A DNA stretch of 64,000 nt from an uncultured Actinomycetota bacterium (GCA_963737525.1 CAVTTD010000034.1:13483-77482); one strand, 5' to 3'; numbered from the stretch's first letter, positions 35,363 to 51,116 are shown. A program made the numbers and translations. The notes: a model not told the origin generated them from the sequence alone.

Positions 35363-35781
35363 CAGCGCTCGTCGGGGAACGTCGTGTCTACCTGGCCGGC
35401 GATGTAGGCCAGCTCCTGCGTGCCCTTCACGTAGCGGAGGATCTTCGGCAGATCGCCCCGAACCCGGAGCTTCCCCTGCACGAGTCCTTTGATGGGCTCG
35501 AGGTCTCCGTGGATCACGTCCTTCCACCGCGAGTACGGGGCCCTGACCACGAATTCGGCGGCGTCCGCCCTCGACTCATCGACGATGCCGCCGCCACGAC
35601 ACCCCCCATGCCACAGGTCGAGGAGCCCGTGCACGTCGGTCGCCAGCCCCTTGTCCGGCTCCGCCTCGACCTGGATGATCACGTCCCCTTCCCAGGTGGC
35701 CGCGTACTCCGCGTATTCCTCCGAGGAGTCGATCGCCTCGATGAACGCCTGGAACCAGTCCTCGGTCGGGAACTCCGGCAC
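35362..35781 (-). CDS. SCP2 sterol/lipid-binding domain protein
   Basis: FPTEDWF...WEGD...GKLRVRGDL. Confidence 0.85.
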   Translation of the reverse strand: MPEFPTEDWFQAFIEAIDSSEEYAEYAATWEGDVIIQVEAEPDKGLATDVHGLLDLWHGGCRGGGIVDESRADAAEFVVRAPYSRWKDVIHGDLEPIKGLVQGKLRVRGDLPKILRYVKGTQELAYIAGQVDTTFPDER

Positions 35782-35784
35782 GTC

Positions 35785-36561
35785 CTATACCTCCAGTCCG
35801 GCGATGATGGCGACCACGGCGATGAGGTTGAACGCGGCATGCCCGGCGATGCTGGCGAGGAGGTTCCTCCGCCTCCAATAGATCCCCGCGAGGCCCAGCC
35901 CGGTGCCGACATGGATGATCCCGAGGGCGAGGACATCGAGACCATCCCCGGGAGTGAGGAGGTGGAACGCGCCGAACGCGACCGCGGAGACGATCGCGCC
36001 GGGCCAGAAGCCTCGGCGATCGGCGATCGAGCGGAACAAGAGACCTCGGAACACGAACTCCTCGAGCACGGGAGCCGCGACGACTGCGAAGATCGCGAAC
36101 CACACGAGCCCCCACCCAGAGAGGTCGGTGCTGACCTGCGTGGGCAAACTGACCGGCCGGTCGAACGCGTCGCGCAGAACGAAGACGACCCCCGTGGCCA
36201 CGAACCCTGCTGCGATACGCACGAGGACCCCGAGGACGGCCCCGATGGCGAGCTCTTTGACGACACCTGATCGCTCCGGCCAACCGATGGTCTCGACCCA
36301 TCGCGGGTGAGCCCTGTTCAGCCACACGATCAGCAGGGCCAACGTCACCGAGTTCGACACGATGGCGATGAACAGGCCCTCGCCGCCGATCGGCCCGTTG
36401 ACAGCCGGTTTGAGGAGGACCACCAGCGGCAGGGAGGCGAGCCCGCCCGCCACCCACGCGAGGACCGACGCGAGGAGCGCCTCCCACCACCGCCATGTGG
36501 CTTTCGCCGGGACCTCCTCGAGGGAGGTCAGGTCCGGCCGTGGCGGCACATACGCGCTCAT
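35785..36561 (-). CDS. CPBP (CAAX/Abi) intramembrane metalloprotease
   Basis: EEFVFRG, FGAFH, HAAFN. Confidence 0.92.
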   Translation of the reverse strand: MSAYVPPRPDLTSLEEVPAKATWRWWEALLASVLAWVAGGLASLPLVVLLKPAVNGPIGGEGLFIAIVSNSVTLALLIVWLNRAHPRWVETIGWPERSGVVKELAIGAVLGVLVRIAAGFVATGVVFVLRDAFDRPVSLPTQVSTDLSGWGLVWFAIFAVVAAPVLEEFVFRGLLFRSIADRRGFWPGAIVSAVAFGAFHLLTPGDGLDVLALGIIHVGTGLGLAGIYWRRRNLLASIAGHAAFNLIAVVAIIAGLEV

Positions 36562-38228
36562 CGAGTCATCATCCTCCGGGCGGTGGCGAGCGACACGTCG
36601 AGGAGGCCGGAGAGCGCGAAGCCGAAGCCGAAGCCGACGGCCGCCGCTCCCGTGTCGTTCGCGAGATACGCCACGATCGAACCGAGCAGGATCACGAGCA
36701 CGGCATCTCGCCAGGCGTCGTGGCCCTCGAAGCTCCGGGCGATCGCACCCGGCGGGCGGAGCACGAGGACCAGCAGCACGAGCGTGCCGACCACGGGGAT
36801 CGCGGCAAGCGGGGTGTCGGTGAGCTGATCGAAGCCGATCTCCAGTCGTCCCGTGAGCCGGTCGAGCACACCGGAGAGGGAGCTCGTGTGCTCGAGGAAC
36901 GCCGTGATATGCGTCGGCCGCTGGGTGAGGTAGCGGTGCATCAGGGCGATCGAGGCCATCCCGATGGCGGTGATCGCGCCGGTGACCAGCACGATCATCC
37001 ACCATCGCCGGCGCCGTCGGATCGCGAGCCACATCCCGGCGGCGGCGAAGAGCGTGATGGCCGCGCCGAAGTTCGAACCGGTCCACGGCGAGCCGGCCAC
37101 GACGGCGCACGCGATGAGGAGCAGCGCCCCGGTGCCCACGCGGAGGCGATGCGCCGCGAACATCGCGGACCCGAGCACGATGCCGATCTCGACGTTCGGC
37201 ATCCCGAAGAAGCGGCCGCCGTCCAGCTGCCCGCCGCCCGCCAGCGGCGTCACGGCGGCCGGCCAGCCGAGCGCGGCCTCGATCGCGAGGACCCCCAGGA
37301 TGACGGCGCCGCAGGCCGCCAAGGCGACGAAGATCCCCCGGCGAGCCTGGACCCATCGCGTGAACACGACACCCACGACCATGACCGCGACGAGGAACGG
37401 AGCCACGGTGGGGACGGTCAGGGACGGCAGGTGCCCCACGAGAAGGAGGCCGAGCGCCAGCCACGGCAGCGACCCGACGAGCGCTCCGGCGACCGTGAGA
37501 ACGCGGGGAGACATGCGCCGGCGGAACGTGAGCGCGAGGACCCCGGTGAGGCCGAAGAGCAGCATCAGACCCCATGAGGCGGCGGCGGCAGGCACGGCGA
37601 GCCGCCGCTGCTGGAGGTAGCGGTCGTAGAGATCCAACGGCGCCGGCTCGCCGCTCCGCTCCATCGGCGCGCCGGCGTCGTACGGGAGGCCGAGCCAATC
37701 GGCGACGGTCGCGGCGGGGTCGACGTCGGCCACGACGCCGGCGCGCCGCGTCGAGTCGGACGTGAGGGCGTGCGGTTCACCGGTCGCCGACAGAAGCTCG
37801 TCGGGGTCGCCCCACGCCGCGATCACGGAGCCGAGCTCGTCGCCGGGCGACGCGGCGGACGGCGATACCGAGACGACCATGGCCAACGTCGGCTGGGGGT
37901 GGCGGTTCAGGAAGTCCTCGATCACGGCGGCGGCCTCTTCCGGCGAGGCCCGCCCGAGATCGACACCGTGATTGGTCAATGGCAACGGGCTGATGTCATG
38001 CATGTCCAGGATCTGCGTCAGTGACGCGCGGGCATCGCCCCGCCCGTTCATCAGAGCCGCACCTCCACGCGACGCGAGCGCCCTCAGCTCGGGGACCGCG
38101 AGCAGATCAGGAAGCGACGAACCATCGAGGATCACGACGATCGCCACCCGTTCGGGGGCGTCCTGGGCAGCGGCCGGGCGAGGGGTGAGGAACGCGAGGA
38201 TGACCCCCGCGAGGAGGACCCGTCTCAC
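36558..38228 (-). CDS. polytopic membrane protein of unknown function
   Basis: Signal peptide, extracellular domain (IVVILDG; STRRAGVV..VD), about 10 TM segments with GGRFFGMPN and NDTG; overlaps the murA stop. Confidence 0.75.
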   Translation of the reverse strand: MRRVLLAGVILAFLTPRPAAAQDAPERVAIVVILDGSSLPDLLAVPELRALASRGGAALMNGRGDARASLTQILDMHDISPLPLTNHGVDLGRASPEEAAAVIEDFLNRHPQPTLAMVVSVSPSAASPGDELGSVIAAWGDPDELLSATGEPHALTSDSTRRAGVVADVDPAATVADWLGLPYDAGAPMERSGEPAPLDLYDRYLQQRRLAVPAAAASWGLMLLFGLTGVLALTFRRRMSPRVLTVAGALVGSLPWLALGLLLVGHLPSLTVPTVAPFLVAVMVVGVVFTRWVQARRGIFVALAACGAVILGVLAIEAALGWPAAVTPLAGGGQLDGGRFFGMPNVEIGIVLGSAMFAAHRLRVGTGALLLIACAVVAGSPWTGSNFGAAITLFAAAGMWLAIRRRRRWWMIVLVTGAITAIGMASIALMHRYLTQRPTHITAFLEHTSSLSGVLDRLTGRLEIGFDQLTDTPLAAIPVVGTLVLLVLVLRPPGAIARSFEGHDAWRDAVLVILLGSIVAYLANDTGAAAVGFGFGFALSGLLDVSLATARRMMTR

Positions 38229-39493
38229 GGGAGTCGGACGAGCTCGGGGTCGCGCCGCACCTCGGCCCCGAGCGCGGTGAGCTTCGCCTCGAAGTCCTCG
38301 TAGCCCCGATCGACGTGGTCGATGTCGGCGATCTCGCTCACGCCGTCCGCCGTCAGAGCGGCGATCGCCATCGCTGCGCCGGCGCGGATGTCCATCGCTC
38401 GGACCGGCGCCGCCGACAGCTGCTCGACCCCGCGGATCACCGCGTGGTGGCCTTCGGTGCGGATGTCCGCGCCCATCCGGCGGAGCTCGTCCACGTAGGT
38501 GAACCGTCCCTCGAAGACGTTCTCGGTCGCGATGCTGGTGCCGTTCGCCGTCGCCAGCATCGCGAGCAGGATCGGCTGGAAGTCGGTGGCGAGCCCGGGA
38601 TACGGAAGCGTGACGAAGTCGGCGGCGCGCGTGCGTTCTTGCTGCCGGACTCGGATCCCCTCGTCCGTCACCCGGATGTCCGCGCCACCCTCCGCGAGCT
38701 TCTCCAGGAACAGCTCGAGGTGATCGGATCGGGCGGCCTTCAGGACGACGTCGCCTCGGGTCGCGACGGAGGCCGCGGCCCAGGTGCCGGCCTCGATCCG
38801 ATCGGGGATCACCGTGTGCTCCGCCGGCTGCAGTCCCTCGACGCCTTCGACCTCGATCGTCGCGGAGCCGGCCCCGCGGATCCCGGCGCCCATCGCCGCC
38901 AGATAGGCCGCCAGGTCCGTGATCTCCGGCTCCCGAGCCGCGTTGTCGATCACGGTGACGCCATCCGCCGTCACCGCCGCCATCATCAGGTTCTCCGTCG
39001 CGCCCACGCTCGGGTAGTCCAGCGTGATCGAAGCGCCATGCAAGCCGTCGGTCCGGGCAACGAGGAACCCGTGTTCTGCATCGATCCTGGCGCCCATGCG
39101 CCGGAGCCCTTCGAGATGGAGATCGATCGGGCGCGAGCCGATGTTGTCGCCTCCCGGCATCGCGACGCTCGCCTCACCGGTCCGCGCCAGGAGCGGGCCG
39201 AGCACGGCGATCGAGGCGCGCATCCGCCGGACCAGCTCGTAGGGCGCATCGACCGAGGACAGGTGGGTCGCGTCCACCGCGACGCCCCCGTCTTCCCACG
39301 ACACGCCGGCGCCGAGATGTTCGAGGACCTCGGCCATCGTGAAGCAGTCCTGGATCCGAGGAACGTTGCGCAGCACCGAACGACCGGGGGCGATCAACGA
39401 TGCCGCCATCAGCTTGAGGGCGGAGTTCTTGGCGCCCGAGATCCGGACGGATCCGGCGAGACGAGCGCCGCCCGTCACGAAGAGGCGGTCCAT
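38225..39493 (-). CDS. murA: UDP-N-acetylglucosamine 1-carboxyvinyltransferase (Asp-type)
   Basis: GAKNSAL, RMRAS, PGGDNIGSRPIDLH, PDRIEAGT, DIRAGA, IDHVDRGYE. Confidence 0.97.
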   Translation of the reverse strand: MDRLFVTGGARLAGSVRISGAKNSALKLMAASLIAPGRSVLRNVPRIQDCFTMAEVLEHLGAGVSWEDGGVAVDATHLSSVDAPYELVRRMRASIAVLGPLLARTGEASVAMPGGDNIGSRPIDLHLEGLRRMGARIDAEHGFLVARTDGLHGASITLDYPSVGATENLMMAAVTADGVTVIDNAAREPEITDLAAYLAAMGAGIRGAGSATIEVEGVEGLQPAEHTVIPDRIEAGTWAAASVATRGDVVLKAARSDHLELFLEKLAEGGADIRVTDEGIRVRQQERTRAADFVTLPYPGLATDFQPILLAMLATANGTSIATENVFEGRFTYVDELRRMGADIRTEGHHAVIRGVEQLSAAPVRAMDIRAGAAMAIAALTADGVSEIADIDHVDRGYEDFEAKLTALGAEVRRDPELVRLP

Positions 39494-39543
39494 GCGGGGC
39501 ATCGTACCGGCGCGGGCACGACGAGCCGCTGAGCGCTCGGTGC

Positions 39544-39944
39544 TCAGCTCGATGCCGTCAGTGCGATCCTGGCCTCCGCGCGAGCGATCTCGGTCGTCAG
39601 GTGCTCGTCGTCGTCGGCATCCGCCGCCGATCGCAGTTGCTCGAGGCGCCCCCTGACCGCGTCCACATCGATCTCCTCTTCGAGTTGCGCGTTCGTGGCG
39701 AGCACGTCGACGCGTGTGGCGCCCTCCTCGGTCGACACGTGCAGGAACCCGCCGTCCGCGACGGCCTTCCGCCACGTGCCGTCCTCCTGCTGGATCTGCA
39801 GAGGCCCGATCGCGAGCTGGACGAGCAACGGCGCGTGCCCGGAGAGGATGCCGACGTCGCCGTCGACGCCGTGCGCGATGACCTCGGTCGCCTGGCCCGC
39901 CCAGACCTCTCGCTCAGGGGTGACGACGTGGACCTCGAGGGCCA

Positions 39945-39945
<1 letters not shown>
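39544..39945 (-). CDS. atpC: ATP synthase epsilon
   Basis: VVTPER, GILSGHAP, GGF. Confidence 0.95.
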
Positions 39946-42276
<2,331 letters not shown>

Positions 42277-42277
<1 letters not shown>

Positions 42278-44037
42278 TAGGCCTCCGACTCGTCCTCGTC
42301 GTCGGGCAGCGGAACCTGCCCTTCGACGTCATCTTCCTCGGCGAGTGACGGTCCGCCCGCTCCCTCCCCGTCGTCCTCTTCGTCGTCGTCGACCGAGGAC
42401 ATCCGATCCCAGCCGATGTCCGGCTTGACCTCGTCGGGCGGCGTGCCGGCGCCGCGGCCGGCCTCGCTGCCGGCCGCGGCGCCGGCTGGCTGGAAGGTCT
42501 CCGCGAACGCCTCGACGGACTCCTTCAGCGTCGCCTCGGTCTCGTCCGACATGTCCCCGGTCTCCCGGATCTTCCCGAGGACATCGGTCCTCGAGTCCAG
42601 GTAGGCGGTGAAGTCCTCCACGAACCGCTTGGCATCCTCGACCGGGAACGGATCGAGGTACCCGCCGGTGGCGGTCCAGATCATCACGACCTCCCGCTCC
42701 ACCGGGAGCGGTTGATACTGCGGCTGCTTCAGCACCTCGACCACGCGAGCGCCGCGGGCGAGCTGCTGCTGCGACGCCTTGTCCAACTCGGAACCGAACT
42801 GGGCGAACGCCTCCAGCGCCCGGAACTGCGCGAGATCCAGCCGGAGGCGGCCCGCCACCTTCTTCATGGCTTTGGTCTGCGCGCTGCCACCCACTCGCGA
42901 GACCGAGATGCCGATGTTGATGGCGGGCCGGACGCCGGCGAAGAACAGGTCCGGCTCGAGGAAGATCTGGCCGTCGGTGATCGAGATCACGTTGGTCGGG
43001 ATGTACGCGGAGATGTCGTTGCCCTTGGTCTCGATGATCGGGAGCGCGGTGAGCGAGCCGGCGCCGAGCTCGTCGGAGAGCTTGGCCGCGCGCTCCAGCA
43101 GACGCGAGTGCAGGTAGAAGACGTCACCCGGGAACGCCTCGCGACCCGGCGGGCGACGAAGCAGGAGCGAGAGCGTCCGGTACGCGGTGGCCTGTTTCGA
43201 GAGGTCGTCGTAGACGATCAGCGCGTGCTCGCCGTTGTACATCCAATGCGCGCCGAACGCAGCTCCGGAGTACGGGGCGATGTACTGGAACGGGGCCGGG
43301 TCCGAGGCGGGGGCGTTCACGACCACGGTGTACTCGAGCGCCCCGTTCTCCTTGAGCGTCGCCACGACCTCCGCCACGGTCGAGGACTTCTGTCCGACCG
43401 CGACGTAGATGCACTTCACCCGCTTCTTCGGATCGCCGCCCGCCCAGTGCTCCTTCTGCGCGATGATCGCGTCGATCGCGACCGCCGTCTTCCCCGTCTG
43501 GCGGTCGCCGATGATCAGCTCCCGCTGACCACGGCCGATCGCCGTCATCGCGTCGATCGCCGTGATGCCCGTGTAGAGCGGTTCCTTCACGGGCTGCCGG
43601 TCCACGACGTTGGGAGCCTGGACCTCCAGGATCCGCCGCTCCTTCGCCTGGATCGGTCCCCTGTCGTCGAGCGGCTCGCCCAGCGCGTTCACGACACGCC
43701 CGAGGAAGCCGTCGCCGACCGGCACCGACAGGATCTGACCGGTCTGCTTGACCGGGTCGCCTTCTTGGATGTGCGATGCGTCGCCGAGGACGATGCATCC
43801 GATCTCGGAGATGTCCAGGTTGAACGCGAGCCCCAGGACCCCGCCCGGGAACTCCAGCAACTCGTTGGCCATGGCTCGCGGCAAGCCGGCCACGCGGGCG
43901 ATGCCATCGCCCGCTTCCATCACGCGACCGAGCTCACCGCGCTCGACCGAGGGCTCCCAGCTCTCGACGTGTTTCCGAAGCGCCTGCGCGATGTCGTCCG
44001 CATCGAAGTCTTTGAAGTCGATCGCCATACCGGTCAC
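42277..44037 (-). CDS. atpA: ATP synthase alpha with acidic C-terminal extension
   Basis: [31 protein letters not shown]. Confidence 0.99.
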
Positions 44038-44576
44038 ACGCTCCCTATGAGGTACTGCCTCGCCTCGGCCAGCCGGCTCGCGACGGAGCCGTCGAAGACC
44101 TCGTCGCCGACCCGCGCGATCACGCCCCCGATCACGGACGGGTCCACGTCCACCTTCAACTCCACCGGATGCCCGGTGGCCTTCGCCAGGGCGTCCACGA
44201 GCTTGGACCTCTGGGCATCGGTGAGCGGCACCGCGACGCTGACCTCGGCGAGTGTCCGCTCGGATCGCTGAGCCGCCTCACGCGCCAGCTCTTCGGCGAT
44301 CGCCCCGATCCGCCGAGCCTGCCCCGCGTCCACGAGGAACCCGACGAGCGTCGCGGTCAGCGGGTGGGCGCGCTCCCCGAGCAACTCGTCGATCACGGCC
44401 TTCTTGCGGTCGGACGGGAGGGCGGCATCGGTGAGCGCCTCCCGCAGGTCCGCGTGGCGTTCGACGGACTTCGCGAAGGCGTAGAGCTCGTCCTGGACTC
44501 GGTCGAGCACCCCCTCCGCCTCGGCGATGGAGAGGAGGGCCTGCGCGTACCCGCGGATCTCGTCGTCTTTCGCCAC
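44034..44576 (-). CDS. atpH: ATP synthase delta
   Basis: [17 protein letters not shown]. Confidence 0.95.
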   Translation of the reverse strand: MAKDDEIRGYAQALLSIAEAEGVLDRVQDELYAFAKSVERHADLREALTDAALPSDRKKAVIDELLGERAHPLTATLVGFLVDAGQARRIGAIAEELAREAAQRSERTLAEVSVAVPLTDAQRSKLVDALAKATGHPVELKVDVDPSVIGGVIARVGDEVFDGSVASRLAEARQYLIGSV

Positions 44577-45182
44577 TCAGGCCTCACCCTCGTCTGCGCC
44601 CGTGCCGTTCCCGCTGCCCTTGCCGTTGCCGCGGGACGCCGCACCCGACGCCACCTCATCGATGAACCCGTCGATCAGCCGCTTGTGCGCCTTCTCGTCC
44701 AGCGATGCTCCGACCACTCGCTCTGCCAGCTCGACCGCGATCGAACCGATCTGCGCTCGGAGCTCCTGGAAGGCTCGATCGCGCTCGGCCCGGATCTCCT
44801 CCTGCGCCCGCGCGACCGTCGCCTGCGCCTCCTCCTCGGCCTTCGCCTGGAGATCACGGCGCAGCTGGTCGGCCGTCCCACGTGCTTCCTCGATGATCTT
44901 GTTCGCGTCGTCGCGGGCGCCCGCGAGCTGCGTTCGGTATTCCTCTTGGAGCTTGTCGGCCTCCTTGCGGGTGGCCTCGGCGCGCTCCATCTCTCCCTGG
45001 ATCTTCTCCCGGCGCTCCTCGAGCACCTGTTTGAACCTCGGGAGCACCCACTTCCAGGTGAAGAAGAAGAGGATGGCGAAGGCGACGAACCCGACCATGA
45101 GCTCGCCCACCGCCGGGTACAGGTCCTTCGCGTCCGAAACCTCTTCGGCCTGTGGGAGGATCGATGCGATCAACGCGAACAT
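44577..45182 (-). CDS. atpF: ATP synthase b
   Basis: N-terminal TM segment plus coiled coil; position in operon. Confidence 0.95.
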   Translation of the reverse strand: MFALIASILPQAEEVSDAKDLYPAVGELMVGFVAFAILFFFTWKWVLPRFKQVLEERREKIQGEMERAEATRKEADKLQEEYRTQLAGARDDANKIIEEARGTADQLRRDLQAKAEEEAQATVARAQEEIRAERDRAFQELRAQIGSIAVELAERVVGASLDEKAHKRLIDGFIDEVASGAASRGNGKGSGNGTGADEGEA

Positions 45183-45192
45183 CGTCCGCCCC

Positions 45193-46646
<1,454 letters not shown>

Positions 46647-46663
<17 letters not shown>

Positions 46664-46877
46664 CCGTCTCCTTGCCGTATCGCAGATACACGATGTAGAT
46701 CGCGCTGGCCGCCCCGAGGACGATCCCGAGGGCCGTGAACCCGGATCCCGTGTCGAGGAGCCGGTCGAGCAGGTATCCCAATCCACCGACGAACGCCATC
46801 CCCGCGACGAGGGTCGAGGTGATCGCCCAGCCGATCCCCATGCCGGCCCACGCTTCGCTCTTGCGGGGTCCGCTCAT
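46647..46877 (-). CDS. AtpZ/AtpI-family 2-TM protein
   Basis: GGLGYLLDRLLDT motif; first gene of the atp operon. Confidence 0.85.
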
Positions 46878-46887
46878 CGGAGCGGAC

Positions 46888-46917
46888 ACTTTAAACGCCT
46901 GCGCTGCACGCCGTCAA
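46888..46917 (-). promoter_or_regulatory. sigma70-type promoter of the atp operon
   Basis: TTGACG-N18-TAAAGT, 10 nt upstream of ATG 46877. Confidence 0.7.
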
Positions 46918-46976
46918 ACGCCGGGCGACGCATTTCCGCTGGTCAGAGGCCCTTTCGGGGGCCGGCGGGGTCGCGC

Positions 46977-46994
46977 TTGTGAAGGTTTTCACAT
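46977..46994. promoter_or_regulatory. Rex operator
   Basis: TTGTGAA-GGTT-TTCACAT, 13/14 match to TTGTGAA-N4-TTCACAA, about 60 bp upstream of the atp -35. Confidence 0.7.
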
Positions 46995-48159
46995 GCGGTC
47001 GGCCGGCTTCGTGTCCGCCACTCCTCGGTTCGCAGCATCGCGAGCGCCGTTGAGCTCGCCGTTCCGCCGCCGCTCGAGCAGGCGAGGCAGCGCGGTCACG
47101 AGGAACAGGACCAACGCGCAGCCGACGATCGCGCCGGCGACGAGTCGCCCGTCGATGACCCCGATCGCGAGCGCCGAGCCGCAGACCAACGCCGACCACA
47201 GGTACATCAGCAGCACGGCCCCGCGGTGACCGTGCCCGATGTCCATGAGGTGATGGAAGATGTGCTCCTTGTCCGCATGCCCGATCCCGATGCCCTTTCG
47301 GGTGCGACGCACGATCGCGAGCAGCACATCGAGGAACGGGATCCCGAGCACCAGCAGCGGCACGAGCAGTGGCAGCGCGATCACCGCCACCTCCCCTCGG
47401 GGAGGTGGCACGGGGTTCCGGCCGACACCCGAGATCGTCGCGATCGCGACGAGCATGCCGAGGAGCATCGAGCCCGTATCGCCCATGAAGATCTTCGCCG
47501 GATAGAAGTTCCAGGGCAGGAACCCGGCGCAGACCCCCACGGTGATCGCCGAGAGGAGCGCCGCGACCGAGGCAGACTCCGACGTGTCGCCGCCGCGGAC
47601 GAGGTAGATGAAGAACGTGGCGGCCGAGATCGCGACCATCCCCGCCGCCAGCCCGTCCAGCCCATCCACGAGGTTGATCGCGTTCGCAGCCGCCAGGACC
47701 CACAGGATCGTGAGCGGCACGGCCTCGTCGGTCCCGAGCACGGCGAGGCCTTCGCCGGGCAGGACGAAGTAGAGGAGCTGCACACCGAGCAGGATCAGGA
47801 TGCCGGCGATGAAGATCTGGGCGGTCAGCTTGGCGAGGGCCGATGTGCCGCGCCGGTCGTCGATCACGCCGAGACCGACCATCAGCGTGCACGTGACGAC
47901 CGCGGCGAGCGGTTCGGCCGCGGTGTCGTTCATCGAGTCGAAGAACGGCAGGAACCGAGAGACCCCCATCGCCACGAGGAATCCGGCCCACATCGCCAGA
48001 CCGCCCATCGTCGGGGTCGGAACCACGTGCAGCTTCCGATCCGATGGCTGATCGATCGCCCCGAACCGCACCGCGAGCCGTCTGATCGAAGGGTGTCAGA
48101 CCGAACGTGACGCCCGCTGCGATGAGGAAGACGATCAGGTAGGCGGCCACGGTTGCCAC
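46989..48159 (-). CDS. undecaprenyl-phosphate GlcNAc-1-P transferase WecA/TagO (frameshift near 5' end)
   Basis: PTMGG, GVIDD, NAINLVDGLDGL, IFMGDTGS, DKEHIFH. Confidence 0.92.
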
Positions 48160-48164
48160 AGTCT

Positions 48165-48198
48165 GCGGGGGCGGTTGCCGTCCGGCAACCGCCCCCGC
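48165..48198. terminator. perfect 16-bp inverted repeat between glyA and wecA
   Basis: GCGGGGGCGGTTGCCG-tc-CGGCAACCGCCCCCGC; no U-tract. Confidence 0.6.
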
Positions 48199-48222
48199 GT
48201 CGCTCGGTCTGCAGCGCAGAGA

Positions 48223-49490
<1,268 letters not shown>

Positions 49491-49491
49491 G

Positions 49492-49938
49492 TCACAGCTC
49501 CCCTCGCTCGATCTGCGCGATCTCCTCAAGCCTCGCGACGTGACGCCCGCCCTCGAACGGCGTGTCCAGCCACACGCGCACGATCTCCCGAGCGTACGCG
49601 GGCGCGATCACGCGGGCGCCCATCGCGAGGACGTTTGCGTCGTTGTGCGCTCGGGACAGACGGGCCAGGAACAGGTCGTGACACAGGGCCGCGCGGATCC
49701 CGTCGACCTTGTTCGCGGCGATCTGCTCCCCCTGTCCGGAGCCGCCGAGCACGATCGCCCGATCCGCCTCGCCCCGCACGACGGCACGGGCGGCAGCGGC
49801 GCAGAAGGGCGGGTAGTCGACCGGCTCGGTGGAGTCGGTGCCGTGGTCGAGCGCGTCGTGGCCTTCCTCGGCGAGGAAGGCCATCAGGTCCTCCTTGAGC
49901 GGGAATCCCGCGTGATCCGCGCCGAGGGCGACCCGCAT
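49492..49938 (-). CDS. rpiB: ribose-5-phosphate isomerase B
   Basis: [29 protein letters not shown]. Confidence 0.96.
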   Translation of the reverse strand: MRVALGADHAGFPLKEDLMAFLAEEGHDALDHGTDSTEPVDYPPFCAAAARAVVRGEADRAIVLGGSGQGEQIAANKVDGIRAALCHDLFLARLSRAHNDANVLAMGARVIAPAYAREIVRVWLDTPFEGGRHVARLEEIAQIERGEL

Positions 49939-50480
49939 CAGGCCCGGTCCCGGGTGAGCGCGATCGCCAGCCGGCCGGACAGGTCGTACAGCTCGTCCGC
50001 CACCTCCCGATACCCCTCGATCGGATCGCCGAGCGGGTCCCGGACGTCCTCGGTCTGGGGCGATGAGCCGTTCCTCGCGGCCGCGGCGGCGGCGACACGA
50101 GCCTCGAAGGGACCACCGGCCCTCGACCGCTCCAGCAACCGGACGAGCTCCTTGATGGTGAAGGTCTTGGACTCGAGGTCCGGCATCGCGCCGACGATCG
50201 CCTCACGATGCTCCCCCGCCATGCACACGATGAGATCGGCGTCCTCGAGCATCGCGCCGTGCAACTTGCGCGCCTGATGCGACCGGATGTCGACTCCGTG
50301 CTCCTGCGCGGAGCGGATCGACTCCTCCATCGCGCCCGAACCGTCCCACCCCGCAGTGCCCGCCGAGCTCACGAACGGCGCGGCCGCGCCGAGCCGTTCG
50401 ACGAGCGCGGCGCGAAGGAACCCCTCGGCCATCGGCGAGCGGCAGACGTTTCCCGTGCACACGACCAGGATCTCGCTCAT
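49938..50480 (-). CDS. low-molecular-weight protein phosphatase (YwlE position)
   Basis: CTGNVCRSPMAE, SAGT, DP. Confidence 0.92.
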   Translation of the reverse strand: MSEILVVCTGNVCRSPMAEGFLRAALVERLGAAAPFVSSAGTAGWDGSGAMEESIRSAQEHGVDIRSHQARKLHGAMLEDADLIVCMAGEHREAIVGAMPDLESKTFTIKELVRLLERSRAGGPFEARVAAAAAARNGSSPQTEDVRDPLGDPIEGYREVADELYDLSGRLAIALTRDRA

Positions 50481-50496
50481 GAGGAAGAGGGCGAGT

Positions 50497-51116
50497 CTAA
50501 CAATGAGGGCTCGCCGGGCAGGAGCTCGATGAGCGCCTCGCGGGGGAGCGAGCCCTCGCGGATGATCGCCGCCGCCCCGTGGGCCAGGTCGAGCACGGTC
50601 GACGCGATACCGGCCAGCGGCTCCTCCTGGCAGAGATAGACCGCGACCTGATCCCCGAAGAACCTCTGGAGTTCGTCACAGGTCTCGGCCGGCGCCGAAC
50701 CGGAGAGGTTCGCGCTGGTGACGGCGAGGGGACCCGTGTCCGCGAGCAGGGTGAGTGCGAGCGGGTGGTGCGGGGCGCGGACGCCGACGGTGGCCGGGTC
50801 GCCCCCGAGGTCCCACCCGGAGGCGTCCGCGCCCCGGGGCAGGACCAGCGTGAGCGGTCCCGGGCCAGAGCGACGACGCCAACCGCTCGGCCCGCTCGTC
50901 GAACACCGCCAGGGCGCGCGCCGCCTCGGTGGTCGCGACGAGCACGGGGAGCTCCAGATCCCTGGGTCGTCGCTTCGCCTCGAACAGCCGCGCGGTCGCG
51001 CCTGGATCGTCGGGGCGCGTCCCGAGCCCGTAGACGGTGTCGGTCGGGAACACGATCAGCTCGCCACGGCGGGCGGCGGCCCCCGCGTCACGCAGCGGAC
51101 CGATGAGCGACGTCAT
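50497..51116 (-). CDS. tsaC: threonylcarbamoyl-AMP synthase TsaC/Sua5 (frameshifted)
   Basis: FPTDTVYGLG, KRRP, WPG, TSANLSG, STVLD. Confidence 0.92.
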
